Below the pieces are notes generated by a model. It made no database searches and was not told the DNA's origin. It saw only the letters and a list, made by a program, of their open reading frames with translations. Shown here piece by piece: positions 16,072-26,621 of a stretch of 64,000 nt of DNA. The position numbers and the translations under genes are program-made. Source of the DNA: Omnitrophica bacterium GWA2_41_15 (lineage in GTDB: Bacteria > Omnitrophota > Gorgyraeia > Gygaellales > Profunditerraquicolaceae); NCBI GenBank assembly GCA_919901915.1, contig CAKKQB010000013.1:64192-128191 (forward strand), written 5' to 3'. Each line of letters opens with the position of its first letter. Position 1 is the stretch's first letter.

Positions 16072-17286
16072 CTACCCCGGCCTAAACAATTTAATCAAAT
16101 TCCACATCGGCAGGAATATAGCCAAAGCCATAATTAAAACCATAATCCCTAAAACAAAAATTAATATAGGCTCAATATAAGTAGTCAAATTCCTGATCAT
16201 ATAAGCTGTTTCCCTGTCATAATAATCCGCCACATTTATAAGCAATTCGCCCATCCTGCCTGTTTGTTCTCCGGTTGAGACCATCTGAACTACAACAATA
16301 GGAAACAAATTGCTTACCTTCATCGGTTCAGACATACCCTTGCCCTGGTTAACATTTTCCTTGATATGCCCGATTGCCCGCGCGACAATAATATTTCCGG
16401 ACGTGTTTGCCGTTAAATCCAACACCTCTAAAATAGACACGCCGCTTTCCATTAATATGGCGGTAACACGCGCGAAACGCGACATAATAAGCAAGGTTAT
16501 CAACGGCCCCAAAACCGGAATCTTTAATTTAAGATTATCAAAAATAGGCCTGCCTATTTTTGAATTAATGAAACTCCTTAAACCAAAAATACCTGCTCCT
16601 GTCAACAAAATAAATAAATACCAAAATTTCTTGATACTAATACTAAGGGCGATTAAAATCCTTGTCGGAAGAGGCAATAACGTATTAAACTGGCTGTAAA
16701 TAACCGCAAAACGCGGAATGACAAAGGTAATCACAATAAGAAAAGCTACACATAAAGCAGAAAATGCCAACATCGGATAACGCGTGGCCGCGTTTATGCG
16801 GCTGGAAGTATCAATCTCCTGCTCTAATAACCCCGAGAGCCTTTCCAAAACACCCACTATATTACCGCTGGTCTCCGCGACCTTAATCATCGCGACGTAG
16901 ATACCATTAAAAATTTGGGATTGCTCTTTTAAGCTATCAGAGAAACTTAAGCCTCCTTTAATATTGAGGGCAATTTTTTCAATAACAGATTTAAAATATC
17001 TATTTTTTGTTTGTTGTGCCAGCGTCTCTAAGTTTGATAACAAAGGAAGCCCCGCCTTTTGCATAGAATAAAGCTGGCGCGTAAAAACATCCAACTCTTG
17101 AAGCCCCACGCGCTTAAACCGCTTAAGAATCTTTCCAACGCCCAAATCACGCGCTTCAATAATGGATATGGGAATATAGCCCATATCCGCCAGTTCTTTC
17201 GCGGCAAAATCGCTGGTTTCAGCGACAATCGTGCCTATAGCAAGCTTAGAAAATTTATCACGCGCCTTATATTTAAAATTAGCCAT
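16072..17286 (-). CDS. pilC: type IV pilus platform protein PilC (GspF family)
   Basis: Start at [10 protein letters not shown]; two GspF repeats, 3 TM; start ATG (17286) overlaps carB stop (ATGGCTAA). Confidence 0.85.
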   Translation of the reverse strand: MANFKYKARDKFSKLAIGTIVAETSDFAAKELADMGYIPISIIEARDLGVGKILKRFKRVGLQELDVFTRQLYSMQKAGLPLLSNLETLAQQTKNRYFKSVIEKIALNIKGGLSFSDSLKEQSQIFNGIYVAMIKVAETSGNIVGVLERLSGLLEQEIDTSSRINAATRYPMLAFSALCVAFLIVITFVIPRFAVIYSQFNTLLPLPTRILIALSISIKKFWYLFILLTGAGIFGLRSFINSKIGRPIFDNLKLKIPVLGPLITLLIMSRFARVTAILMESGVSILEVLDLTANTSGNIIVARAIGHIKENVNQGKGMSEPMKVSNLFPIVVVQMVSTGEQTGRMGELLINVADYYDRETAYMIRNLTTYIEPILIFVLGIMVLIMALAIFLPMWNLIKLFRPG

Positions 17287-18916
17287 ACGTAGAATAATAA
17301 TAAGGTGTAGCGGCATGGAACTCCGCGGCACAGGTATCTACAAGTTTATACACGGGAAAAATATTAAATGATTCGCGTAATTTATACATGTCTTCTTCAT
17401 TTTTACCTAGTAAACGACTCAACTGCCTATCGCTAAAACCAAATTCCTTCGCTTGAGTAAGGAGCTCTTTTGTAATATTATTCTTGTTTTTTATAATCTC
17501 TTTCTCTAAATCAATTATTTCTTTTATATTTGCCAAAAACCAACGGTCAATCTTGGTTAATTCATTAATTTTTTCTATATCCACCCCTATCCTTAAGGCA
17601 TCGCCAATATAAAAGATCCTTTCAGCGTTAGGTATTCTTAACTTTTGCTCAATCTTTTCCCACGCGCCATTATCCAATTCGCCTAAACTTTCTAAACCAT
17701 ACTTTTTAATCTCCAGAGAACGCAGGCCCTTCTGCAAAGCCTCCTTAAAAGTCCTCCCTATCGCCATTACCTCACCAACGGACTTCATAGAAACTGTAAG
17801 CGTGGGATCAGCGGATGGAAATTTTTCAAAAGTAAAGCGGGGAATTTTTACCACGCAATAATCTATTGCCGGTTCAAAACAAGCGGGCGTTTCTTTGGTA
17901 ATATCATTAGGGATCTCATCTAAGGTATAACCCACGGCTAACTTCGCGGCAATTTTCGCGATGGGAAAACCAGTCGCCTTAGACGCCAGAGCAGAGCTTC
18001 TTGAAACCCTTGGATTCATCTCAATAATAACCATGCGCCCGGTTTCAGGATTAATCGCGAATTGAATATTAGAGCCTCCTGTACTAACGCCTATCTCTCT
18101 TATGCAGGCAATTGAGGCGTCGCGCATTTTTTGATATTCTTTATCAGTTAACGTTTGAATAGGCGCGACAGTAATACTATCTCCTGTATGTACGCCCATC
18201 GGATCAAAATTTTCAATGGAACAAACTATTACCACATTATCCATTGAATCCCGCATTACCTCTAATTCAAACTCCTTCCAGCCAATTACCGATTCCTCAA
18301 TAAGAATTTCGCTGTTCATGCTGGACTCAAGGCCATACTTTGCCAAATCCTTAAATTCTTCTATATTATAAGCAACACTTCCGCCTGTTCCGCCTAATGT
18401 AAAACTCGGCCGAATAATCACCGGAAAACCTATCTCTTTAACCGCCTCTATGGCCTCATTTAAATTATAGGCCTTTTTACTTTTAGGCAGGTCCAGGCCA
18501 ATTTTTTGCATCGCCTTTTTAAAAAGCTGCCTGTCTTCGCCTTTTTTGATTGCCTTTATATCTACGCCAATGGTTTCTACCTTATATTTTTTAAGGATTC
18601 CTTTTTCCGCTAAATCTATAGATATATTTAAAGCGGTCTGCCCTCCCAATGTAGGCAATAACGCGTCCGGCCTTTCTCTGGCGATAATCTTTTCTATGAC
18701 CTCTACGGTCATTGGCTCAATATATGTCGCGTCTGCCATTTGAGGGTCGGTCATAATAGTAGCAGGATTTGAATTTATTAAAACTACTTTATAACCTTCC
18801 TGCCTTAAAACCTTGCAGGCTTGAGTTCCGGAATAATCAAATTCACAACCCTGGCTGATAATAATCGGGCCTGAACCAATAATTAGAATCTTCTTTATGT
18901 CAGTACGTTTAGGCAT
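17279..18916 (-). CDS. carB: carbamoyl-phosphate synthase large subunit, N-terminal half only (split carB)
   Basis: [35 protein letters not shown]...; ends ...[14 protein letters not shown] exactly at the boundary between the two homologous halves (cf. E. coli ...YMYSTYEEE...). Confidence 0.85.
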   Translation of the reverse strand: MPKRTDIKKILIIGSGPIIISQGCEFDYSGTQACKVLRQEGYKVVLINSNPATIMTDPQMADATYIEPMTVEVIEKIIARERPDALLPTLGGQTALNISIDLAEKGILKKYKVETIGVDIKAIKKGEDRQLFKKAMQKIGLDLPKSKKAYNLNEAIEAVKEIGFPVIIRPSFTLGGTGGSVAYNIEEFKDLAKYGLESSMNSEILIEESVIGWKEFELEVMRDSMDNVVIVCSIENFDPMGVHTGDSITVAPIQTLTDKEYQKMRDASIACIREIGVSTGGSNIQFAINPETGRMVIIEMNPRVSRSSALASKATGFPIAKIAAKLAVGYTLDEIPNDITKETPACFEPAIDYCVVKIPRFTFEKFPSADPTLTVSMKSVGEVMAIGRTFKEALQKGLRSLEIKKYGLESLGELDNGAWEKIEQKLRIPNAERIFYIGDALRIGVDIEKINELTKIDRWFLANIKEIIDLEKEIIKNKNNITKELLTQAKEFGFSDRQLSRLLGKNEEDMYKLRESFNIFPVYKLVDTCAAEFHAATPYYYSTYG

Positions 18917-18922
18917 AATAAT

Positions 18923-19029
18923 TAGCGTAGAGCGTAGAGCGGATAGTAAAATTAGCATTTAGCGTAGAGCGTAGAGCGTTTAATAAAAGTCTTTTGCCTT
19001 TTCTCTACGCTCTACGCTATACGCTATCC
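18923..19029. repeat. heptamer-array palindromic repeat, family F (AGCGTAG/AGCGTAT/AGCGGAT units), between carA and carB
   Basis: tandem 7-bp units in inverted arrays around AT-rich spacers. Confidence 0.85.
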
Positions 19030-20102
19030 TTCATCATCTCTATAAATTTCCCAAATAGGTATTTCGTATCATGCGGACCAGGAGATGCCTCGGGATGAAA
19101 CTGAACAGAAAAAACAGGCAATTTCTTATGCCGCATTCCTTCCAGGGTATCGTCATTTAAATTTATATGCGTAAGCTCTATATCTTTCTTATCCAAAGAA
19201 TCTATGTCCACGCAAAAACCGTGATTTTGCGCTGTTATACAAACTTTTCCTGTCTTTAAGTCCTTAACCGGATGATTCGCGCCATGGTGGCCGAATTTAA
19301 GTTTATAGGTTTTACCGCCAAAAGCAAGCCCTAACATCTGATGGCCAAGGCAGATTCCGAATATCGGCAATTTACCAATTAAGCCTCTTGTTGTTTCTAC
19401 AACATATTTTACTGCTGATGGATCTCCCGGGCCGTTAGAAAGCAAAACCCCGTCAGGTTTAAGCTCTAAAATATCCTCTGCTCTTGTTTCAGCCGGCACA
19501 ACTACTGCTTCGCAATTATGCTCAACGAGCTCTCTTAAAATATTATATTTTACCCCGCAATCAATCACTACAACCTTATATTTAGCTTTCTTTAAACTAG
19601 GCCAGATATATTTTTTGGCACAACTTACCTCTTTAACTAAGTCTATTCCCGTCAGTCCCAATGACTTTTTTACTTTTTCCACTAAACTCTTTTCATCCAA
19701 ATCTCGCGTAGATAAAACTGCCTTCATCGCGCCTTTTTCTCTGACATGCAAGGTTAGCGCTCTTGTATCTATCCCTTCAATACCCATGATATTATTTTCT
19801 TCTAAGTATTCTCCTAATGACTGCTCCTTGCGCCAATTACTGGCAATTTTACTATATTCTTTTACCGCGAATCCTTCCAGAAACAACCCTGCTGACTCTG
19901 TATCAAGCCTGTTTACGCCATAATTACCAATTAAAGGATACGTCATCGTAACAATCTGGCCTTTATAAGAAGGGTCTGTCAAGATCTCCTGATACCCTGC
20001 CATACTGGTATTAAAAACTATCTCGCCATAGCTTTCGCCAGAAGCGCCAAAAGATTTACCCCTAAATATCATTCCGTCTTCTAATACAAGAATTGCTTCC
20101 AT
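19017..20102 (-). CDS. carA: carbamoyl-phosphate synthase small subunit (glutamine amidotransferase)
   Basis: 361 aa; CarA N-domain + class I GATase (ICLGHQ, catalytic His/Glu). Confidence 0.9.
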   Translation of the reverse strand: MEAILVLEDGMIFRGKSFGASGESYGEIVFNTSMAGYQEILTDPSYKGQIVTMTYPLIGNYGVNRLDTESAGLFLEGFAVKEYSKIASNWRKEQSLGEYLEENNIMGIEGIDTRALTLHVREKGAMKAVLSTRDLDEKSLVEKVKKSLGLTGIDLVKEVSCAKKYIWPSLKKAKYKVVVIDCGVKYNILRELVEHNCEAVVVPAETRAEDILELKPDGVLLSNGPGDPSAVKYVVETTRGLIGKLPIFGICLGHQMLGLAFGGKTYKLKFGHHGANHPVKDLKTGKVCITAQNHGFCVDIDSLDKKDIELTHINLNDDTLEGMRHKKLPVFSVQFHPEASPGPHDTKYLFGKFIEMMKDSV

Positions 20103-20107
20103 ATTTT

Positions 20108-20136
20108 TAGCGTATAGCGGATAGCGTAGAGCGTAT
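20108..20136. repeat. family F heptamer array (single arm, 4 units) between purF and carA
   Basis: agcgtat agcggat agcgtag agcgtat. Confidence 0.7.
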
Positions 20137-20157
20137 AATAGTATAAATTATTATCTT

Positions 20158-21525
20158 TTACTCCAATATGTACTTTGATATTTTTTTCGGCGGCTCTATG
20201 AGGTATTTTCCATCAAAACAAGCAGTGCAAAATTTATCTTTTGGTAAAGGCATAGCTTCCAGCATCCCTTCTTTGCTTAAATATTCAAGGCTATCCGCGC
20301 CGATAAAATCACGTATCCAATCAATGCTATGCTTAGCGGCAATAAGTTCTTTCTTGGTGGGAAAATCAATGCCATAAAAACAAGGGCTGATAAGCGGCGG
20401 GCAGCTTACCCGCATATGCACCTCTTTTGCTCCTGCCTCACGAATAGTTTTAATCCTGACCTTTGAGGTTGTGCCGCGCACAATTGAATCCTCAATAACC
20501 ACAACCTTTTTATCTTTTAAAATCGGCTTCACCGGATTAAGTTTTACCTTCACCCGGAAATCCCTCTGGGCCTGATCTGGCTGAATAAAAGTCCTGCCAA
20601 TATAATGATTACGCATCATTCCCATTTCATAAGAAATGCCTAAATGCTGCGCGTAACCTAACGCGGCGCAAGTACCGGAATCAGGGACAGGCATAACAAT
20701 ATCAGCCTTAACAGGAAATTCCCGCGCAAGCTGTTGGCCTAATTTTTTTCTTGTCTGATAAACATTCTCTTCAAAAATATTGCTGTCCGGCCGCGCGAAA
20801 TAAATGTATTCAAAAATACAAAACCCACAATCTTTTTTTATAACCGGCCTAATCGAATCTATTTTATCCTTTTGAATAAAGACAGTCTCCCCCGGCAAGA
20901 TATCCCGGACATATTGAGCGCCGATTAAATCAAATACACAGGTTTCACTGGCTAGGACATACGCCGCGCCTAATTTTCCTAAACAAAGCGGACGAAATCC
21001 TAAAGGGTCTCGTGAACCAATTAGAATATTATTAAACATTAAAACTAAGGAATACGCGCCTTTTAACTGCGCAAGCGCCCACGGGATTGCCTCTTGATAA
21101 TCTCTCTTAGGGCTATGGGCGATAAGATGCGCGATCACCTCTGAATCCATAGTCGTCTGAAACAACGCGCCCTTATCTTCTAATTGCCGCTGTAATTGAA
21201 ACGCGTTGACAATATTTCCATTATGGGCTATAGCAATATGACAGTTTTTAGTTTTTACATAAAACGGCTGGGCATTTTTTAAGGTACTGCTTCCTGTTGT
21301 GGAATAGCGCACATGACCAATCGCTAAATCGCCTTTGAGGCTAGAAATAGCTTTCTTATCAAATACCTCACTAACCAGGCCAAGGGCTTTATGGATATGG
21401 GGCTTCGAGCCATTGTGGGTAACTATGCCGGCAGATTCTTCGCCACGATGCTGAAGCGCGTATAATCCAAGGTAAGTAATTTTTGCGGCTTCTTTATGCG
21501 GATAAATCCCAAATATTCCACACAT
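20158..21525 (-). CDS. purF: amidophosphoribosyltransferase
   Basis: MCGIFGIY N-terminal nucleophile, PRTase domain, C-terminal Cys cluster. Confidence 0.9.
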   Translation of the reverse strand: MCGIFGIYPHKEAAKITYLGLYALQHRGEESAGIVTHNGSKPHIHKALGLVSEVFDKKAISSLKGDLAIGHVRYSTTGSSTLKNAQPFYVKTKNCHIAIAHNGNIVNAFQLQRQLEDKGALFQTTMDSEVIAHLIAHSPKRDYQEAIPWALAQLKGAYSLVLMFNNILIGSRDPLGFRPLCLGKLGAAYVLASETCVFDLIGAQYVRDILPGETVFIQKDKIDSIRPVIKKDCGFCIFEYIYFARPDSNIFEENVYQTRKKLGQQLAREFPVKADIVMPVPDSGTCAALGYAQHLGISYEMGMMRNHYIGRTFIQPDQAQRDFRVKVKLNPVKPILKDKKVVVIEDSIVRGTTSKVRIKTIREAGAKEVHMRVSCPPLISPCFYGIDFPTKKELIAAKHSIDWIRDFIGADSLEYLSKEGMLEAMPLPKDKFCTACFDGKYLIEPPKKISKYILE

Positions 21526-21610
21526 CTTCTATTTATAGTATAAAAAGTTATGCCTAAGCATCTCTATTATTATCTCTTTATAAATAAAAATTAAGTAGTT
21601 AATACTAAAA

Positions 21611-21772
21611 AAGTGGCATTCAGGCTGTCTCGCAATCCTTATCGTGTCATTGCGAGGGCTGATTTATCAGCCCGTGGCAATCTTTTTACGACGAAGAATG
21701 TTAAAAAGATTGCTTCGCTTCGCTCGCTCTTGACACGCATTTTATTATTGTGATACAGTCTCAATGACACGA
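21611..21772. repeat. family C palindromic repeat (TGTCATTGCGAG...CTCGCAATGACA with GAAGCAATCTTTTTAAAAAGATTGCTTC core)
   Basis: direct reading; between purF and TA pair. Confidence 0.7.
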
Positions 21773-21898
21773 AAATGAGGACTTTTCAGCGCTAACTAAC
21801 TAAGTATAACATATTCCTTTAGTCCGTCAACATAAAACGCAACTTAATTTGGGAATGATACCATAAAAGCGATAAAAAGGGGAAAAGTTAAAGTAGTT

Positions 21899-22276
21899 TC
21901 AGGCAGTTTCGATAGCTCTTGTAGGCCGAGTAATATGAACTTTGTCTTTTTTTACAATTACCATGGCATTTTCAAAGGAAGCAAACATCTTTTTTTCTAC
22001 TAAGGGGTTCAAGATGTTAAGAAGGGCATCGGGAGCGAAAGGGTTAATTCTAAAAAATACAATTCCTTTATGGGTTCCTAAGGGGAATCTATAAAGACTG
22101 GTGAAATCATTATCTAAGGTAAGAATAATTCTATTTTCTTTTCTGCAAAACGAAACTATCTCTTCATCACTAGCCTTTTGCAATCCCACATCTAAGGCTT
22201 TAATAATATCGTAGCCATTCTTACGCAAGAGTTCTACGCCACAGCTAAAGAAACAATGGTCAGCAAATAACTTCAT
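21899..22276 (-). CDS. DUF5615/Mut7-C-like PIN-fold putative toxin
   Basis: 125 aa; pairs with upstream DUF433 gene, abutting (stop/start adjacent). Confidence 0.55.
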   Translation of the reverse strand: MKLFADHCFFSCGVELLRKNGYDIIKALDVGLQKASDEEIVSFCRKENRIILTLDNDFTSLYRFPLGTHKGIVFFRINPFAPDALLNILNPLVEKKMFASFENAMVIVKKDKVHITRPTRAIETA

Positions 22277-22522
22277 TTAGTTAACCTCTTGGACAAAAAC
22301 TTCTTCGTTTTTAAAGATACAGGCAGCGTAATGAATGCAGGCTTTAATATCTTCGGGGGTAATATCAGGATAGCATTGTTTAATAATTTCCTCTATAGCC
22401 AGCCCTTGTTCAATAAGTTCCAGAACCATATAAACAGGAATTCTGGTTTCTTTAATACAGGGTTTTCCAAAGCAGATGTTGGGGTTAATAGAAATTCTAT
22501 CTTCCAGAGAATTATTTGCCAT
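22277..22522 (-). CDS. DUF433 family putative antitoxin
   Basis: Start moved to MANNSLEDR (strong AGGAGG 8 nt upstream at 22531-22536). Confidence 0.55.
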   Translation of the reverse strand: MANNSLEDRISINPNICFGKPCIKETRIPVYMVLELIEQGLAIEEIIKQCYPDITPEDIKACIHYAACIFKNEEVFVQEVN

Positions 22523-22869
22523 TGTTTCCACCTCCTGGCTGAAATATAACACGAACTTATATAAGCGTCAAGTTTTATCTCACAAAAATCAGGCCAGCCC
22601 ATATAAGTATAGATGGAAATTAGGGGAAATTAGGGACAGCGACCGTTTTTCTGTAATAAAATAGTCGCTGACCCTATTTTCCGCAATTTCGCAATTTCGA
22701 AATTATTATGAATAATATTGCCCCAAAGCAACCGCTTTCTTTTTTACCCCTTTTGGTATAGAAATCCCATAATTTATAGTGTATACTTTATTACAAAAAT
22801 ACATATCAGCTATCAGCTGTTGATGAACCGCGGTTCGTGGGATTATTATGATTAACAAAAATAACAACA

Positions 22870-22897
22870 TAGAGACGCCCCAGTGGGGCGTCTCTAC
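22870..22897. repeat. family D hairpin
   Basis: tagagacgccccagtggggcgtctctac. Confidence 0.6.
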
Positions 22898-23069
22898 AAA
22901 ATTCTTATCTTTAATTCTCTGCTTCTCTCTCCTACTTCAGCAGACAGGCTTGGCTCAGGCTCTGCCTTCTCTTTCTCAGCCTCAACCTCAGCCTTTGCTC
23001 CGCTATCTCTCCGTCAACTCCGCCAATCCCAATAATTATTTTAATTTCCTGATGGATAAGGGTAGTAAC

Positions 23070-23178
23070 GTGTCATTGCGAAGAGGAGCGCTTTTTAGCG
23101 ACGACGAAGCAATCTTTTTACGAAGTAACTCTTTAAAAGATTGCTTCACCCTCGCTAACGCTCGGGTTCGCAATGACA
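23070..23178. repeat. family C palindromic repeat, possibly with AATAATTA target-site duplication
   Basis: gtgtcattgcgaag...cgcaatgacaca; aataatta at 23031-23038 and 23196-23203. Confidence 0.65.
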
Positions 23179-23223
23179 CATTACTTTCCACAATAATTAC
23201 GAATGACTCCTAATTTGTGCTAT

Positions 23224-23513
23224 TTACTTAGGTAACCTCTTCTATCGGCAGGAGAAAGGCTTTTACGCCTTCCTTATTTAAGGTTTCTCTCAATTTTCTT
23301 ACGCGGGATAAAAGTTTCTTAGCCAAATCATCCTCGCAAGCCACCGCTAAAACATTATTTAGGCCCGGCCATACGTTACTATCTAAATGCGGCTCACTTA
23401 CTTTGCCTTTACCTAAAACACGCTGCCATTTAGTAAAATGTTAATACCGCAGGCCTCTAAGGCATCCATAACCTCTATGTCAATTGCTTCATTATAAGTA
23501 ATCAAAACTAGCT
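23224..23513 (-). pseudogene. PII-like small protein (family commonly next to CzcA/RND pumps), interrupted by -1 frameshift
   Basis: MKLVLITYNEAIDIEVMDALEACGI... stops after 34 aa; +1 frame continues KWQRVLGKGKVSEPHLDSNVWPGLNNVLAVACEDDLAKKLLSRVRKLRETLNKEGVKAFLLPIEEV; shift near 23440-23450. Confidence 0.5.
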
Positions 23514-26500
23514 TCATTGTTTATGCCTCCTGCCTTTAATAAGCGCGTAAATAACCGGGACTAAAACTAATGTAATGAGAGTAGAAATACTTAGGCCTCC
23601 GATCATGCTGATACCTATGGGCCTCCAAGTTTCCGAGCCTTCCCCGCGGCTAAAGGCAAGCGGAATCATCCCGAACAAGGTAGTGATGGTAGTCATTAAA
23701 ACCGGCCGCAAGCGGTTTGCGCCGCCGGTAACCACCGCGTCAGCAATAGAGAGCCCGCGGGAACGCAATATATTTATATAATCAACTAAAACAATCGCGT
23801 TATTTACGACGATACCGACGAGCATAATCAGGCCGATAAAAGAAGCAATATTTAAGGTTGTCCCTGTAACAAAAAGGCTAAAAGCCACGCCCGTAAAAGC
23901 AAAAGGCACGGAAAACATAATAATAAACGGGTCAATTAGGGAGCCGAATTGGCTGGCCATTACCATGTAAACCAAAAGCGCCCCCAGTAAAAATAAAAGA
24001 AATAAATCCCGGAAGGATTTTGCCTGTTCTTCCACATCTGCGCCCAGATTTACTGTTATGCCCTGCGGGATATTTTCCGTCTCAATTATTTTGCGCACAT
24101 CTTTAGCCACCTCACCTAAGGAACGCCGGAAAACATTCGCCTCTACCTTAATAATGCGCTCTTGATTCTGGCGTTCAATCTGTATGGGTCCGGTCTTATA
24201 AACTACTGCCGCTATACTGCTTAAACGGATAACCTTGCCCGCGGAATTCAGCAAAGAAATATTTTCTATATCACTTATACTGGCGCGGTCCTCGTCTTTA
24301 AGCCGCACAAAAACATCATATTCTTCTCCTGCCTCGCGGTATTTGGTAGCAGCACTCCCGTAAAAATAAGTACGCAACGTATCTGTAATCTGGCGCATGC
24401 TTAGCCCTAATAAAGATGCCTTGGTACGGTCAACCTCAATTTGTAGCTCTGGTTTGCCTATGTCGCGCGAAATACTTGTATCAACCACGCCGGGGATACG
24501 TTCCATCTTATCTTTAATTTTATTAGCAAGTTGGCCTGTAATTGTAAAATCATTCCCAAGGATTTCTACAGAGACAGGTTTGCCTGCCCCGAACATCAAT
24601 CGGGAAATCGGACTAATGGAAGAAATATTTACTTTTTTTACCCCGAGGATAGTTTTAAGCTTTGGTCGCAGACTTTCTCCGATTTCCTTGGCAGAGCGGC
24701 TGCGCTGTGTTGTTTTGCTTAATTTAATCCCGACAGTCGCGACATTTGAGCCGCTTTTTGCGCTAAATACCGAACCGAACCGACCGCTTGTGGTTGATTG
24801 TCCGCTGCGCGAATATACCTGTTTAGCCTCCGGAACTTCTCCATAGATAATTTTTTCCATTGCCCTTGCCGCGCGGTCAGTCTCTTCTACGCGCGTACCA
24901 ACCGGCATCTCTACTGTAATGGTCAAATCGCCGGAGTCTTCTTCCGGAACAAATTCCGTTCCAACGCGGGAAATAAGAAAAATACTAAAGATAAATACGC
25001 CAATAGCAATAAAAATAGTTGCACCTTTAAATTTAAGCGCTTGAGTTAAAATTTTCGCGTAAGTATAATCAAAAAAAGAAAGTAGTTTTCCGCTTTTCTC
25101 ATAAAGAAACCGCCAAAGGTCTTTTTTGTCCTTTACAGGTTCTGCCGCGGGATTTTTTAACCATAAAGAAGAGAGCATCGGGCTGAAGGTGAGAGCAGTA
25201 AAAAGCGAAGCCAGAAGCGTAACCGTAATCATTACTGCTAATTGTCTAAAGAAAACCCCGACTATTCCGGTAATAAAAACCATCGGCAGAAAAACAACTA
25301 CAGTGGTAAAGGTTGAGGCGCTGACTGCCGAGCCTACTTCAGAAGAGCCAAAGATTGCCGCCTCTTTCGGTTTCTGGCCGCGTTCAAGTTTGCGCACGAT
25401 ATTATCCACAATTACTATCGCGTTGTCCACGACCATTCCGATGGCAATAGCCAGGCTGGAAAGGGAGATGATGTTAATTGTGTAACCGAAAAAATACATA
25501 AAGGTAAAAGCGATAATCAGGGAAAACGGGATAGTCAGGGTAATGATTAGGCTGGGTAAAAATTGGCGCAGGAAAAAGAAAACCACAATTACCACAAAAA
25601 TTCCCCCCCAGTAAATAGTCTGAGACAAATCATTAATTGACTGTTCAATATGTTCGGCATTATCCATAAGCACGGCAAACTTAATTCCTTCTGGTAGGAG
25701 AGGTTGGAGCCGCAATAGTTCCTTGCGCACACTCTTAACGATATCCACGGTATTGGCGCCGGAACGTTTCTGTATCATCATCATTACACTGGGGACATTA
25801 TTTGAGCGCACAAACATTGTCTCTTCCTTAAAAGAATCCGCTACACTGGCAACATCCTTAAGATAAACGGTTTTTTCAGCCTGCTGGGTGAGGATGATGT
25901 CTTTTATCTGTTCGGGATTGCTGAATTCTCCGGGCACGCGCAGGCTGTAATCGGTAAAACCAATTTTTAGGCCGCCGGCAGGAAGGGTGATATTTTCTTC
26001 AGAGAGCCTGTTGATTACCTGTTGGGGGGAGATGTTATATGCCTCTAGGCGGCCGCGGTCAAGGCTGACATTAATCTGGCGCTCTCTTCCGCCAGAAATC
26101 TGCACTGCCCCGACCCCGGGAAGCCGTTTAAGCGCCTCAGCCACATTTTTATCCATCAGATGGTATAATTGGGTATAGTATTTTTCGGAGCTGACAGAGA
26201 AATAAAGAATAGGGATCATTGAGGTGTTAAACTTAAAGACAATCGGCGTATCAATTTCCTCAGGGAGGAGTCGTTTGGCAAATTCTAATTTATCGCGGAT
26301 ATCATTTGAGGCCTCATCAAGATTAACCCCCCATTTAAAACGGCAGGAGACTACGGATGTTCCCTCCATAGAACGCGAGGTAAGCTTGTCTAAGTTAGCA
26401 ACAGTGGCAAGGTTATTTTCTATAACCTCGGTAACCTTACTTTCTACATCTTCCGCGGAAGCCCCTTCATAAACAGTAATAACAGAAATTGAAGGCGGTT

Positions 26501-26621
26501 CAATTTCAGGCATCAAATCAAGAGGAAGCCGAAAAAAAGAAACTATCCCCCAGACTAGGACCGCGAAAAAAATCATCAGATTTGCTACCGGGTATTTTAC
26601 GCCGAATTCAGGTAATTTCAT
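23514..26621 (-). CDS. RND efflux transporter (AcrB/CzcA, HAE family)
   Basis: 1035 aa, 12 TM with two large periplasmic loops. Confidence 0.9.
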   Translation of the reverse strand: MKLPEFGVKYPVANLMIFFAVLVWGIVSFFRLPLDLMPEIEPPSISVITVYEGASAEDVESKVTEVIENNLATVANLDKLTSRSMEGTSVVSCRFKWGVNLDEASNDIRDKLEFAKRLLPEEIDTPIVFKFNTSMIPILYFSVSSEKYYTQLYHLMDKNVAEALKRLPGVGAVQISGGRERQINVSLDRGRLEAYNISPQQVINRLSEENITLPAGGLKIGFTDYSLRVPGEFSNPEQIKDIILTQQAEKTVYLKDVASVADSFKEETMFVRSNNVPSVMMMIQKRSGANTVDIVKSVRKELLRLQPLLPEGIKFAVLMDNAEHIEQSINDLSQTIYWGGIFVVIVVFFFLRQFLPSLIITLTIPFSLIIAFTFMYFFGYTINIISLSSLAIAIGMVVDNAIVIVDNIVRKLERGQKPKEAAIFGSSEVGSAVSASTFTTVVVFLPMVFITGIVGVFFRQLAVMITVTLLASLFTALTFSPMLSSLWLKNPAAEPVKDKKDLWRFLYEKSGKLLSFFDYTYAKILTQALKFKGATIFIAIGVFIFSIFLISRVGTEFVPEEDSGDLTITVEMPVGTRVEETDRAARAMEKIIYGEVPEAKQVYSRSGQSTTSGRFGSVFSAKSGSNVATVGIKLSKTTQRSRSAKEIGESLRPKLKTILGVKKVNISSISPISRLMFGAGKPVSVEILGNDFTITGQLANKIKDKMERIPGVVDTSISRDIGKPELQIEVDRTKASLLGLSMRQITDTLRTYFYGSAATKYREAGEEYDVFVRLKDEDRASISDIENISLLNSAGKVIRLSSIAAVVYKTGPIQIERQNQERIIKVEANVFRRSLGEVAKDVRKIIETENIPQGITVNLGADVEEQAKSFRDLFLLFLLGALLVYMVMASQFGSLIDPFIIMFSVPFAFTGVAFSLFVTGTTLNIASFIGLIMLVGIVVNNAIVLVDYINILRSRGLSIADAVVTGGANRLRPVLMTTITTLFGMIPLAFSRGEGSETWRPIGISMIGGLSISTLITLVLVPVIYALIKGRRHKQ

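Noticed and set aside
22848-23213. ORF 22848-23213(+) with a signal-peptide-like start
   Set aside because: It is the only plus-strand call in the window. It begins over a family-D hairpin and its C-terminal half is the family-C palindromic repeat. Most likely spurious, or a remnant disrupted by MITE insertion.
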